A stretch of 64,000 bases of DNA from Dechloromonas sp. (GCA_028687035.1 JAQUAX010000015.1:949-64948); one strand, 5' to 3'; positions 10,209 to 19,639 are shown, counted from the first letter of the stretch. Notes: a model not told the origin generated them from the letters alone. A program made the numbers and translations.

Positions 10209-11537
10209 ATGAGCTTTGACGATTCTCTCGCCGCTGCACTGCAACGCAACCGCCTGAGCCGCCGCCAGGTGCTCTGGCTGCTCGGCGCCGGCGCGCTGTC
10301 CGGCTGCGCCGCGTCGCCGATCGGCGGCGGCGCGATCCTGGTCGGCATGGACGAGGACGAGGAAAAGGCCGTCGACCGCCAGGTCGCACCGCAGCAGTTC
10401 TCGCAGGATCTCGGCGCGATCCAGGACGACGCGCTGAACGCCTATGTCGCCGAGATCGGCAGCCGGCTCGACGCCAAGTCGCACCGGCCGCAGATGCCTT
10501 ATTCCTACCGCGTGCTGAACGCCAACTACGTCAATGCCTACACCTTTCCCGGCGGCGCGATGGGCGTCACCCGCGGTATCGTCGCCGACCTGCACGACGA
10601 GGCCGAACTCGCCGCGCTGCTCGGCCACGAACTGGGCCACGTCAATGCGCGGCATGCCGCGCAGCGCAAGGGCCAGGCGCTGGTCGCCCAGGTCGCGGTC
10701 AGTGGCGCCAACCTGATCGCCGCCGGCAGCGGCTTCGGCAGCCTGGTCGATCTCGGCGGCCAGCTCGGCGCCAGCGCGCTGCTCTCCAGCTATTCGCGCG
10801 ACAACGAGCGCGAGGCCGATGCGCTCGGGCAGGAATACATGGTCCGGGCCGGCTACCCGGCGAGCGGCATGGTCGGCCTGCAGCAGCTGCTCGTCGACCA
10901 GGACAAGGCGGCGCCCGGCCTGATGCAGACGATGTTCTCGACCCACCCGATGAGCCGCGAGCGGCGCGACAGCGCGCGCGAACTCGCCGAGGGGCGCTAC
11001 GCCGGCAGCCTGAAGCGCGACGCCGGGCGCGAGCGCTTCATGGACCACACGGCCGGCCTGCGCCGGCTGAAGCCGGCGATCGAGGCATGCCAGCAGGGCG
11101 AGCTGGTGATGTCGCGCAAGCAGTACGCGGTGGCCGAAACCCAGTTCGCCCGGGCGCTGAAGGCGGCGCCGCGCGACTACGCGGCGAATTTCCGGATGGC
11201 GCAGTGCCTGCAGGCGCAGGACAAGGACGAAGCGGCGCAGCGCCATGCCGAGACGGCGAGCGCCGTCTATCCGGCCGAGGCGCAGGCGCACAAGCTGGTC
11301 GCGCTGCTCGCGCTCGGCCGCAAGGAGCCGGGCGCCGCCTACGAACACCTCGACCGCTACGACCGCCTGCTGCCGGGCGATGCCGGCATCACCTTCCTGA
11401 AGGGCGTGTCGCTCGAAGGCATGGGCAAACGCCAGGAAGCGGCCGGCCAGTACGCCGCGTACCTGAAGCGGACCCGCCAGGGCAAGGCCGCCGAGTATGC
11501 GTACAGCCGGCTGCAGGGCTGGGGTTACGTGAAATAG
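10209..11537 (+). CDS. M48 family metallopeptidase with C-terminal TPR repeats (BepA-like), Tat/lipoprotein signal
   Basis: HEXXH motif (LLGHELGHVNARH). The N-terminus RRQVLWLLGAGALSGCA combines a twin-Arg motif with a lipobox. The C-terminus is TPR-like. Confidence 0.8.
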   Translation: MSFDDSLAAALQRNRLSRRQVLWLLGAGALSGCAASPIGGGAILVGMDEDEEKAVDRQVAPQQFSQDLGAIQDDALNAYVAEIGSRLDAKSHRPQMPYSYRVLNANYVNAYTFPGGAMGVTRGIVADLHDEAELAALLGHELGHVNARHAAQRKGQALVAQVAVSGANLIAAGSGFGSLVDLGGQLGASALLSSYSRDNEREADALGQEYMVRAGYPASGMVGLQQLLVDQDKAAPGLMQTMFSTHPMSRERRDSARELAEGRYAGSLKRDAGRERFMDHTAGLRRLKPAIEACQQGELVMSRKQYAVAETQFARALKAAPRDYAANFRMAQCLQAQDKDEAAQRHAETASAVYPAEAQAHKLVALLALGRKEPGAAYEHLDRYDRLLPGDAGITFLKGVSLEGMGKRQEAAGQYAAYLKRTRQGKAAEYAYSRLQGWGYVK

Positions 11538-11544
11538 CCTGCCG

Positions 11545-11564
11545 CGCCGCGGTCGACCGCGGCG
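11545..11564. terminator. 20-nt perfect palindrome between convergent stops (possible bidirectional terminator)
   Basis: CGCCGCGGTCGACCGCGGCG lies between the M48 stop (11537) and the crp-like stop (11577), with a T5 run at 11573-11577. The same core recurs elsewhere (see findings). Confidence 0.35.
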
Positions 11565-11576
11565 GAACGGCCTTTT

Positions 11577-12251
11577 TCAGTCGCCGAAGCCGCGCAGGCC
11601 GTCGAGATCGAGCACGTGGATGCCGCCGTATTCGCTCTTCACCAGCCCGGCGTCCTCGAGCACCTTCAGTCCCTGGTTGGCGCGCTGGCGCGAGACGCCG
11701 GCCAGATAGCCGAGTTCCTCCTGCGAGATGTGCAGGAAGCGCTGCGTCCCCGGGTACAGCACCGGGTTGAACAGTGCGGCCAGCACGCGGGCGATCCGCG
11801 TGTCGATGTCGAGCAGGCGCTCGTTTTCCATCATCCCGATGAACTGGCCGAGGCGCTCGTTCAGCTGGGCGATCATGAAGCGGTTGAACGGGATGCTGTG
11901 GTCGAGCAGCCACAGGAAAGTCGCGCGGTTCATGAAGGCGACGCGCGTTTCGCGGATCGCCATCACGTCGTAGCGGCGCGGCTCCTCCTTGAGCAGCGAG
12001 CCTTCGCCGAACCAGCCGCCGCTGCTGATGCCGGTCAGCGACGTGGTCTTGCCGGTGGTCCAGTGGCTGGCCATCTTGCCGAGGCCGTCGATGATGCCCA
12101 TCCAGTGCGTCACCGGTTCGCCCTTCATGCAGATGAAGGCGCCGGGTGCGAAGCTTTTCTCGGTGGTGCCGGCGAGCGCCCGGGCCATCTCGGCATCGGT
12201 CAGCGACGGGCCCCACAGCGAGCTGCGCAGCAGTTCCTCTGCGTTTTTCAA
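11577..12251 (-). CDS. Crp/Fnr family transcriptional regulator (no FNR Cys cluster)
   Basis: cNMP-binding-like beta-roll (FICMKGEP..., WFGEGSLL) plus a C-terminal HTH (ISQEELGYLAGVSRQRANQGLKVLE). The ORF opens with TTG at 12251. The next ATG would remove part of the domain. Confidence 0.75.
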   Translation of the reverse strand: MKNAEELLRSSLWGPSLTDAEMARALAGTTEKSFAPGAFICMKGEPVTHWMGIIDGLGKMASHWTTGKTTSLTGISSGGWFGEGSLLKEEPRRYDVMAIRETRVAFMNRATFLWLLDHSIPFNRFMIAQLNERLGQFIGMMENERLLDIDTRIARVLAALFNPVLYPGTQRFLHISQEELGYLAGVSRQRANQGLKVLEDAGLVKSEYGGIHVLDLDGLRGFGD

Positions 12252-12264
12252 AATAAGTGATCCG

Positions 12265-12284
12265 ATTGTCCGCCGGGCGACAAT
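12265..12284. promoter_or_regulatory. Inverted repeat ATTGTC-N8-GACAAT (candidate operator)
   Basis: Perfect 6-bp half sites sit 14 nt upstream of the crp-like start, in the divergent region shared with the CoA-ligase/ABC operon. Confidence 0.3.
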
Positions 12285-12419
12285 TATAAGCCGCCGGCCT
12301 GACTACACTGGACCGCAGGCGTCACGTCCGGTGCAAGGTTTCTGTAAGCCGGCCGCGCGCACAATGGCCGGACCAGACTTTAGACCGCGGGCGAAGAACC
12401 GCGGCGGAGGAGACAACGA

Positions 12420-14387
12420 ATGCCCACGCAGGCGAATCACGCCGCGCCGGACGGTTTGCACACCTTCCCGCGGCTGCTGCTGCATCACGCGCGGACCCGC
12501 CCGAACGCTCCGGCGATGCGCGAGAAGGATCTCGGCATCTGGCAGACGTGGACCTGGTCCGCCGTCGCCGACCGGGTGCGGGCGCTGGCCTGCGGCCTGG
12601 CCGAACTCGGCTTCCGGCGCGGCGACAACCTGGCCATCGTCGGCGACAACCGGCCGCACCTGTACATGATGATGAGCGCCGCCCAGTGCCTCGGCGGCGT
12701 GCCGGTGCCGCTGTACCAGGACGCGGTCGCCGACGAGATGCTGTTCGTGCTGCAGGATGCCGGCATCCGCTTCGCGGTGGTCGAGGACCAGGAGCAGGTC
12801 GACAAGCTGCTCGAGATCCGCGACCGCCTGCCCGGCCTGGCCCACGTGATCTACGACGACCCGCGCGGCATGCGGCACTACACGCAGCCCTTCCTGCACG
12901 ACATCCGCGAGCTGATGGAGATGGGGCGCATCCACGACCGCAACCATCCGGACTTCCTGGAGGCCGAGATCGAACGGGGGCGCCACGACGACGTGTCGGT
13001 GACGCTCTATACCTCGGGCACGACCGGCAAGCCGAAGGGCGTCTGCCAGACGCACGCCGGCTTCATCGCCGCGGCGCGCGGCGGCATCGAGGTCGACCGC
13101 ATGGGCGCCGACGGCGACATCCTGTCCTACCTGCCGATGGCCTGGGTCGGCGACCACCTGTTCTCGTTCGCGCAGGCGATGGTCGCCGGCTTCACGATCA
13201 ACTGCCCGGAATCGGGCGACACCGTGATGACCGACCTGCGCGAGATCGGTCCGACCTATTACTTCGCGCCGCCGCGCGTCTTCGAGAGCCTGCTGACCTC
13301 GGTGATGATCCGCATGGAGGACGCCGGCCGCCTGAAACAGACGCTGTTCCACCATTTCATGGCGGTCGCCAGGCGCTGCGGCGCCGACATTCTGGACGGA
13401 AAGCCGGTGTCGGCCGCGGACCGCCTGCAGTACGCGCTCGGCAGGCTGCTGATCTACGGACCGCTGAAGAACGTGCTCGGCATGAGCCGGATCCGGGTCG
13501 CCTACACGGCCGGCGCCGCGATCGGCCCCGACCTGTTCCGCTTCTACCGGTCGATCGGCATCAACCTGAAGCAGTTCTACGGCCAGACCGAAACCTGCGC
13601 CTACGTCTGCCTGCAGCCGGACGGCGAGATCAAGTTCGACTCGGTCGGCCGCCCCGCCCCCGGCGTCGACATCCGGATCGCCGACAACGGCGAGGTGCTG
13701 GTCAAGGGCCCGATGCTGCTCAAGGAATACTACAGGCGCCCGGACGCCACCACCGAGGCGATCGGCCCCGGCGGCTGGTTCATGACCGGCGATGCCGGCT
13801 TCCTCGACGAGGACGGCCACCTGAGGATCATCGACCGCGCCAAGGACGTCGGCCAGCTGGCGAACGGCGCGATGTTCGCGCCCAACTACATCGAGAACAA
13901 GCTGAAGTTCTTCCAGCACATCAAGGAAGCCGTCTGCTTCGGCGCCGGGCGCGACCACGTCTGCGCCTTCATCAACATCGATCTCGGCGCCGTCGGCAAC
14001 TGGGCCGAGCGGCGCGGCATCGCCTATGCGGGCTACACCGACCTGGCCGGCAAGCCGGAGGTCCATGAGCTGATCCGGCAGTGTGTCGAGGAAGTCAATG
14101 CCAGCCTGGCCGGCGACGCGATGGTCGCCGACTCGCAGGTGCATCGCTTCCTGATCCTGCACAAGGAACTCGACCCGGACGACGACGAGCTGACCCGGAC
14201 GCGCAAGGTGCGGCGCAATTTCGTCGCCGACAAGTACCGGGTGCTGATCGATGCGTTGTACGCCGGCCGCGCGTCGCAGTTCATCGAGACCGAGGTCAAG
14301 TTCGAGGACGGGCGCCGCGGCAAGGTCGCGGCCGACCTGAAGATCGTCGACGCGAATACCTTCCCGGTCGCCCGAAAGGCCGCCTGA
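12420..14387 (+). CDS. AMP-dependent acyl-CoA synthetase (long-chain fatty-acid-CoA ligase-like)
   Basis: Adenylate-forming motifs LYTSGTTGKPKGV, YGQTE and GWFMTGD. Its stop is 1 nt from the next gene. Confidence 0.85.
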   Translation: MPTQANHAAPDGLHTFPRLLLHHARTRPNAPAMREKDLGIWQTWTWSAVADRVRALACGLAELGFRRGDNLAIVGDNRPHLYMMMSAAQCLGGVPVPLYQDAVADEMLFVLQDAGIRFAVVEDQEQVDKLLEIRDRLPGLAHVIYDDPRGMRHYTQPFLHDIRELMEMGRIHDRNHPDFLEAEIERGRHDDVSVTLYTSGTTGKPKGVCQTHAGFIAAARGGIEVDRMGADGDILSYLPMAWVGDHLFSFAQAMVAGFTINCPESGDTVMTDLREIGPTYYFAPPRVFESLLTSVMIRMEDAGRLKQTLFHHFMAVARRCGADILDGKPVSAADRLQYALGRLLIYGPLKNVLGMSRIRVAYTAGAAIGPDLFRFYRSIGINLKQFYGQTETCAYVCLQPDGEIKFDSVGRPAPGVDIRIADNGEVLVKGPMLLKEYYRRPDATTEAIGPGGWFMTGDAGFLDEDGHLRIIDRAKDVGQLANGAMFAPNYIENKLKFFQHIKEAVCFGAGRDHVCAFINIDLGAVGNWAERRGIAYAGYTDLAGKPEVHELIRQCVEEVNASLAGDAMVADSQVHRFLILHKELDPDDDELTRTRKVRRNFVADKYRVLIDALYAGRASQFIETEVKFEDGRRGKVAADLKIVDANTFPVARKAA

Positions 14388-14388
14388 C

Positions 14389-15171
14389 ATGACGAAACAC
14401 ATCGGCGACGTCATCCTCGACCTGCAGAACATCTCGCTGCGCTTCGGCGGCGTCAAGGCGCTGACCGACATCTCCTTCGACGTCCGCGAGCACGAGATCC
14501 GCGCCATCATCGGCCCGAACGGCGCCGGGAAGAGCTCGATGCTGAACGTCATCAACGGGGTGTACCACCCGCAGCAGGGCAGAATCCTGTGGCGCGGCGC
14601 CGAGCGCCGGAAGATGGAACCGCACATGGCGGCGCGGCAGAGCATCGCGCGTACCTTCCAGAACATCGCGCTGTTCAAGGGCATGAGCGTGCTCGACAAC
14701 ATCATGACCGGGCGCATCACCAAGATGAAGTCGACCTTCCTCGAGCATGCGCTGTGGTTCGGCCGCGCCAGGAGGGAAGAGCTGGAACACCGGCGCAAGG
14801 TCGAGGAAGTCATCGATTTCCTGGAAATCCAGCACATCCGCAAGACGCCGGTCGGCCGCCTGCCCTACGGACTGCAGAAGCGCGTCGAACTCGGCCGGGC
14901 GCTCGCCGCCGAGCCGGCGATGCTGCTGCTCGACGAGCCGATGGCCGGCATGAACGTCGAGGAAAAGCAGGACATGTGCCGCTTCATCCTCGACGTCAAC
15001 GACCAGTTCGGCACGACCATCGTGCTGATCGAGCACGACATGGGCGTCGTCATGGACATTTCCGACCGCGTCGTCGTGCTCGACTACGGCCGGAAGATCG
15101 GCGACGGCCTGCCGGACGAGGTCAAGAACAACGAGGAAGTGATCCGCGCCTACCTCGGCGCCGGGCACTGA
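14389..15171 (+). CDS. ABC transporter ATP-binding protein (LivG-like)
   Basis: Walker A GPNGAGKSS, signature LPYGLQKRVELGRAL and Walker B LLLDEP. Confidence 0.85.
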   Translation: MTKHIGDVILDLQNISLRFGGVKALTDISFDVREHEIRAIIGPNGAGKSSMLNVINGVYHPQQGRILWRGAERRKMEPHMAARQSIARTFQNIALFKGMSVLDNIMTGRITKMKSTFLEHALWFGRARREELEHRRKVEEVIDFLEIQHIRKTPVGRLPYGLQKRVELGRALAAEPAMLLLDEPMAGMNVEEKQDMCRFILDVNDQFGTTIVLIEHDMGVVMDISDRVVVLDYGRKIGDGLPDEVKNNEEVIRAYLGAGH

Positions 15172-15181
15172 GGAGACGAAT

Positions 15182-15301
15182 ATGGAATTCGTGGTGGCGG
15201 CCAGCCTGTTTTCGCTGCTGATGTGGATTGCCGTGCCGCGCCGCGCGCTGCGTCCGGCCCCCCTTGCCGCCCGCCGGCGCGGCGCCGGCCGGAGGGACTA
15301 G
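15182..15301 (+). CDS. Candidate small membrane protein (39 aa, unannotated)
   Basis: ATG 15182 is preceded by GAGGAGA with about 6-nt spacing. It translates to MEFVVAASLFSLLMWIAVPRRALRPAPLAARRRGAGRRD, with high GC3. The stop lies 3 nt before the permease ATG. The ORF is below the length cut-off of the ORF track. Confidence 0.3.
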   Translation: MEFVVAASLFSLLMWIAVPRRALRPAPLAARRRGAGRRD

Positions 15302-15304
15302 GCG

Positions 15305-16219
15305 ATGGAATTCTTTTTCGAAGTGCTGATCGGCGGCCTGCTGTCCGGCGTCATGTACGCGCTGGTCGCGCTCGGCTTCGTGCTGATCTACAAGGCTTCC
15401 GGCGTGTTCAACTTCGCGCAGGGGGCGATGGTCTATCTCGCCGCGCTGTCGGTGGCCGGCTGCATGGAGAAGGGGGCGCCGCTGTGGCTGGCGGTGATCC
15501 TGGCCTTCGTCATCATGACGCTGTTCGGCATCGCGACCGAGCGCTTCGTGCTGCGCAAGCTGGTCAACCAGCCGCCGATCGCGCTGTTCATGGCGACCAT
15601 CGGCCTTGCCTTCTTCATCGAGGGCCTGGCGCCCCTGGTCTTCGGCAGCGAGCCGCGGGCGCTCGACCTCGGCATCGTCGACGAGCCGATCCCGTATTTC
15701 CTCGACCAATGGAACATGGTGATCTCGAAATTTGACCTGGTCGCCGCCGGTGTCGCGTCGGTGCTGGTCGCCACGCTGGCGCTGTTCTTCCAGACCACCC
15801 GCGTCGGCCGGGCGCTGCGCGCGGTCGCCGACGACCACCAGGCGGCGCTGTCGATCGGCATCCCGCTGCAGCACATCTGGGCCATCGTCTGGGGCGTCGC
15901 CGGTTTCGTCGCGCTGGTCGCCGGCCTGATGTGGGGCGCCCGCAACGGCGTCCAGTTCGCGCTGACCTTCACCGCGCTGAAGGCGCTGCCGGTGCTGATC
16001 CTCGGCGGCTTCACGTCGGTGCCGGGGGCGATCGTCGGCGGGCTGATCATCGGCGCTTCCGAGAAACTCGCCGAAATCTACATCCCGCCGGTGCTCGCCG
16101 GCTGGTTCGGCGGCAATTTCGGCGGCATCGAAGGCTGGTTCCCCTACATCCTCGCGCTGCTCTTCCTGCTGGTCCGGCCGGAAGGGCTGTTCGGCGAACG
16201 CCATATCGACCGGGTCTAG
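15305..16219 (+). CDS. Branched-chain amino acid ABC transporter permease (LivH-like)
   Basis: 304 aa multi-TM protein. N-terminus MEFFFEVLIGGLLSGVMYALVALGFVLIYK is typical of the LivH family. Confidence 0.85.
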   Translation: MEFFFEVLIGGLLSGVMYALVALGFVLIYKASGVFNFAQGAMVYLAALSVAGCMEKGAPLWLAVILAFVIMTLFGIATERFVLRKLVNQPPIALFMATIGLAFFIEGLAPLVFGSEPRALDLGIVDEPIPYFLDQWNMVISKFDLVAAGVASVLVATLALFFQTTRVGRALRAVADDHQAALSIGIPLQHIWAIVWGVAGFVALVAGLMWGARNGVQFALTFTALKALPVLILGGFTSVPGAIVGGLIIGASEKLAEIYIPPVLAGWFGGNFGGIEGWFPYILALLFLLVRPEGLFGERHIDRV

Positions 16220-16333
16220 TTTGCCGCCATGCTTGCCGCAACTTCATTACCCGCCCTGGCCGTACTGATCGTACTGTCTGCGTCCTCGCGCCTCGTTGCG
16301 CCGGCGCATGATCTGCAAACCGGAGTTTGAAAC

Positions 16334-17410
16334 ATGCTTTACCGCGAAGCCGGCCAGTTCAAGACCTCCTACGCCGCCGACCAGCAGCTGTTCCCGATCC
16401 GCCAGGACCGCATCGGCGTGCTGCTGCTGCTCGCCGTCGCCTTCGTCGGCGTGCCGCTGCTGGCCAGCGAGTACTGGTTCTCGGCGATCCTGATTCCCTT
16501 CCTGATCTTCGCGCTGGCGGCGCTCGGGCTGAACATCCTGACCGGCTACGCCGGTCAGCTGTCGCTGGGCTCGGCCGCGTTCATGGCGGTCGGCGCCTAC
16601 GCGGCGTACAACTTCCAGCTGCGCGTCGAGGGCATTCCGGTGCTGCTTTCCTTCGCCTGCGCCGGGTTGACCGCGGCCGGGGTCGGCGTGCTGTTCGGCC
16701 TGCCCAGCCTGCGCATCAAGGGCTTCTATCTGGCCGTGGCGACGCTGGCCGCGCAGTTCTTCATCGTCTGGTGCCTGACCAAGTTCCCGTGGCTGTCGAA
16801 CAACTCGTCGTCCGGCGTGATCTCGACGCAGCCGATCGAAATCCTCGGTCTTGCCGTCGATACGCCGCGCGAAAAGTACCTGCTGGTGCTCGCCGTCGTC
16901 GCGCTGCTCGCGCTGGCCGCGAAGAACCTGGTGCGCAGCTCGACCGGCCGGGCCTGGATGGCGGTGCGCGACATGGACGTCGCCGCCTCGGTGATCGGCA
17001 TCCGCCTGATGCCGACCAAGCTGCTCGCCTTCGCGGTCAGCTCCTTCTACTGCGGCGTTGCCGGCGCGCTGTACGCGTTCTGCTACCTCGGCTCGGTGGA
17101 ACCGGACGGCTTCTCGCTCGACATGTCGTTCAAGATCCTGTTCATGATCATCATCGGCGGCGTCGGCTCCATCCTCGGCAGCTTCCTCGGCGCCGCCTTC
17201 ATCCTGCTGCTGCCGATCTTCCTCGACGTGGCCCTGCCGGCCGCCGCCGGCCTGTTCGGGCTGCCGTTCTCCAGCGCCACCGTGTCGCACATCCAGATCC
17301 TGGTGTTCGGGGCGCTGATCATGTTCTTCCTGATCGTCGAGCCGCACGGGCTGGCCCGCCTGTGGCAGATCGCGAAGGAAAAGCTGCGCCTGTGGCCCTT
17401 CCCGCACTAG
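16334..17410 (+). CDS. Branched-chain amino acid ABC transporter permease (LivM-like)
   Basis: 358 aa multi-TM protein. The LNILTGYAGQLSLGSAAFMAVGAY motif is typical of LivM. Confidence 0.85.
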   Translation: MLYREAGQFKTSYAADQQLFPIRQDRIGVLLLLAVAFVGVPLLASEYWFSAILIPFLIFALAALGLNILTGYAGQLSLGSAAFMAVGAYAAYNFQLRVEGIPVLLSFACAGLTAAGVGVLFGLPSLRIKGFYLAVATLAAQFFIVWCLTKFPWLSNNSSSGVISTQPIEILGLAVDTPREKYLLVLAVVALLALAAKNLVRSSTGRAWMAVRDMDVAASVIGIRLMPTKLLAFAVSSFYCGVAGALYAFCYLGSVEPDGFSLDMSFKILFMIIIGGVGSILGSFLGAAFILLLPIFLDVALPAAAGLFGLPFSSATVSHIQILVFGALIMFFLIVEPHGLARLWQIAKEKLRLWPFPH

Positions 17411-17445
17411 CGGCGGGCCATCCCACAAAACCAAGGAGACAAACC

Positions 17446-18768
17446 ATGATGCATCGCTGCAAACCCGTCCTGAGCGCCGTCGCGCTGTCGCTGGCCATGC
17501 TGTCCCAGGGAGCGGCCGCCGCCGAGGAGCAGTTCTTCCCGATCCCGGGCTACCGCGTCGGTCCCTACGGCGCCAACGGCCAGGCCTTCTACGGCGGCTT
17601 CGTCGATTACCTGAACTACGTTAACCTGAAGGAAAAGGGCGTCAACGGCGTCGCGCTGACCTGGGAGGAATGCGAAACCGAGTACAACAACGCCAAGGGC
17701 GTCGAGTGCTACGAGCGGCTGAAGGGCAAGGCGGCGAAATCGGCCGGGCCGATCCACACGATGTCGACCGGCATCTCCTACGCGCTGATCGACAAGTCGG
17801 CGCAGGACAAGCTGCCGCTGGCGATGGTCGGCTACGGCCGCACCGACGCCGTCGACGGCTCGGTGTTCCCGTACGCCTTCCCGCTGGTGACCACCTACCA
17901 GATGCAGGCCTCGGCCATCGTCAGGTTCGTCAAGGACAAGCTGGGCGGCAGCCTGGCCGGCAAGAAGATCGTCTATCTGTACCACGACTCGGCCTACGGC
18001 AAGGAGGCCATCGTCGCGCTGGAGGCCGAGGCCGCGCTGAACAAGTTCGCGCTGGTCCAGATTCCGGTCGCCCACCCGGGCAACGAGCAGGGCGCGCAGT
18101 GGCTGAAGATCCGCCAGGAAAAGCCGGATTTCGTCGTCTTCTGGGGCTGGGGCGTGATGAACCAGACGGCCCTGAAGGGCGCCCAGAAGGTCGGCTATCC
18201 GCGCGACAAGATGATCGGCTCGTGGTGGACCGGCTCGGAAGAAGACGTGGTGCCGGCCGGCGACGCGGCCAAGGGCTACATGGCGGCGACCTGGAACGTC
18301 GCCGGCAAGCAGGTGCCGGTGATCGCCGACATCGAGAAGGTCGTCTACGGCGCCGGCAAGGGCAACCTGCAGGACAAGGCCAGGATCGGCACCGTGCTGT
18401 ACAACCGCGGCGTGTCGGCGGCCGTGCTGTCGGTCGAGGCAATCCGCAAGGGCCAGGAGAAGTACGGCAAGGGCAAGGCGCTGAGCGGCGAGCAGACGCG
18501 CTGGGCGCTGGAGAACCTGAACATCACCGAGGCCCGCCTGAAGGCGCTGGGCGCCACCGACCTGCTGCCCGAGATCAGGACTTCCTGCGACAACCACGAA
18601 GGCTCCGGCAAGGTGAAGATCCAGCAGTGGGACGGCGCGAAGTGGGTGCCGGTGTCCGGCTGGATCGAAGGCAACAAGGCGCTGATCCACCCGTTGTTCC
18701 AGGCCTCCGCGAAGCAGTACGCGAAGGAGAAGGGCATCACGCCGCGCGACTGCGCCAAGGAAAAGTAA
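17446..18768 (+). CDS. ABC transporter periplasmic substrate-binding protein (Leu/Ile/Val-binding family)
   Basis: Signal peptide MMHRCKPVLSAVALSLAMLSQGAAAA, with SD AAGGAGA upstream of ATG 17446. The upstream 373 codons of ORF 16327.. overlap livM-like in another frame and are Arg-rich junk. Confidence 0.8.
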   Translation: MMHRCKPVLSAVALSLAMLSQGAAAAEEQFFPIPGYRVGPYGANGQAFYGGFVDYLNYVNLKEKGVNGVALTWEECETEYNNAKGVECYERLKGKAAKSAGPIHTMSTGISYALIDKSAQDKLPLAMVGYGRTDAVDGSVFPYAFPLVTTYQMQASAIVRFVKDKLGGSLAGKKIVYLYHDSAYGKEAIVALEAEAALNKFALVQIPVAHPGNEQGAQWLKIRQEKPDFVVFWGWGVMNQTALKGAQKVGYPRDKMIGSWWTGSEEDVVPAGDAAKGYMAATWNVAGKQVPVIADIEKVVYGAGKGNLQDKARIGTVLYNRGVSAAVLSVEAIRKGQEKYGKGKALSGEQTRWALENLNITEARLKALGATDLLPEIRTSCDNHEGSGKVKIQQWDGAKWVPVSGWIEGNKALIHPLFQASAKQYAKEKGITPRDCAKEK

Positions 18769-18820
18769 GCCGCACCGGGCGGGCCCCCGGCCCGCCCGTC
18801 CGCAACGCACGGGAGCTTCC

Positions 18821-19639
18821 ATGACGACACCTGCCGTCGAGCACTACCTGTCCATCAACAGCATCGAGGTCATCTACGACCACGTGATCCTGGTGCTGAA
18901 GGGCGTCTCGCTGAACGTCCCGAAGGGGAAGATCGTCGCGCTGCTCGGCGCCAACGGCGCCGGCAAATCGACGACGCTGAAGGCCATCTCCAACCTGCTG
19001 CGCGCCGAGCGCGGCGATGTCACCAAGGGCTCGGTCGAGTACAAGGGGCAGCGCATCGACCAGCTGTCGCCGAACGAGCTGGTCAGGCGCGGCGTGATCC
19101 AGGTCATGGAGGGCCGGCACTGCTTCGGCCACCTGACGATCGAGGAAAACCTGCTGACCGGTGCCTACACGCAGCCGCTGTCGCGCGGTCAACTGAAGGA
19201 AAAGCTCGAAAAGGTCTATCACTACTTCCCGCGCCTGAAGACGCGGCGGAGCTCGCAGGCCGGCTACACGTCGGGCGGCGAGCAGCAGATGTGCGCGATC
19301 GGCCGGGCGCTGATGGCGCAGCCCGAGATGATCCTGCTCGACGAGCCGTCGATGGGCCTGGCGCCGCAGATCGTCGAGGAAGTCTTCGAGATCGTCCGCG
19401 ACCTCAACAGCCGCGAGGGCATCAGCTTTCTGCTCGCCGAGCAGAACACCATGGTCGCGCTGAAATACGCCGACTTCGGCTACATCCTCGAGAACGGCCG
19501 CGTCGTCATGGAAGGCGACGCCGGGGAGTTGCGCAGCAACGAGGACGTCAAGGAGTTCTACCTGGGGCTGAGTTCGGCCGGGCGCAAGTCGTTCCGGGAC
19601 ATCAAACATTACCGCAGAAGAAAGCGCTGGCTGTCATGA
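18821..19639 (+). CDS. ABC transporter ATP-binding protein (LivF-like)
   Basis: Walker A GANGAGKST, signature TSGGEQQMCAIGRAL and Walker B ILLDEPS. Confidence 0.85.
   Translation: MTTPAVEHYLSINSIEVIYDHVILVLKGVSLNVPKGKIVALLGANGAGKSTTLKAISNLLRAERGDVTKGSVEYKGQRIDQLSPNELVRRGVIQVMEGRHCFGHLTIEENLLTGAYTQPLSRGQLKEKLEKVYHYFPRLKTRRSSQAGYTSGGEQQMCAIGRALMAQPEMILLDEPSMGLAPQIVEEVFEIVRDLNSREGISFLLAEQNTMVALKYADFGYILENGRVVMEGDAGELRSNEDVKEFYLGLSSAGRKSFRDIKHYRRRKRWLS

Noticed and set aside
9956-10219. An 87-aa ORF covering the LysR/peptidase intergenic region and the G11 tract; the antisense ORF 9983..10348 was also considered.
   Set aside because: It has no SD and a low-complexity Ala/Gly/Pro translation, and it runs into the peptidase start. 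I treat it as non-coding.
15182-15313. The 9-nt identity ATGGAATTC at 15182 and 15305, considered as evidence of a duplicated gene start or recombination scar.
   Set aside because: The identity does not extend beyond 9 nt. It is too short to support a duplication, so it is only mentioned under the small-ORF finding.
16229-16330. A second small ORF (33 aa, MLAATSLPALAVLIVLSASSRLVAPAHDLQTGV) in the LivH-like/LivM-like gap.
   Set aside because: It has no SD upstream. It also uses many A/T-ending codons (tta, gta, act, tca, tct, ctt, gtt) that are atypical for this genome. It is probably non-coding spacer, unlike the ORF at 15182.
16327-18768. An apparent 813-aa fusion ORF spanning livM-like and the binding protein.
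   Set aside because: The first 373 codons overlap the well-supported permease 16334..17410 in another frame and are Arg-rich. A signal peptide with a good SD begins at 17446, so only 17446..18768 is called.
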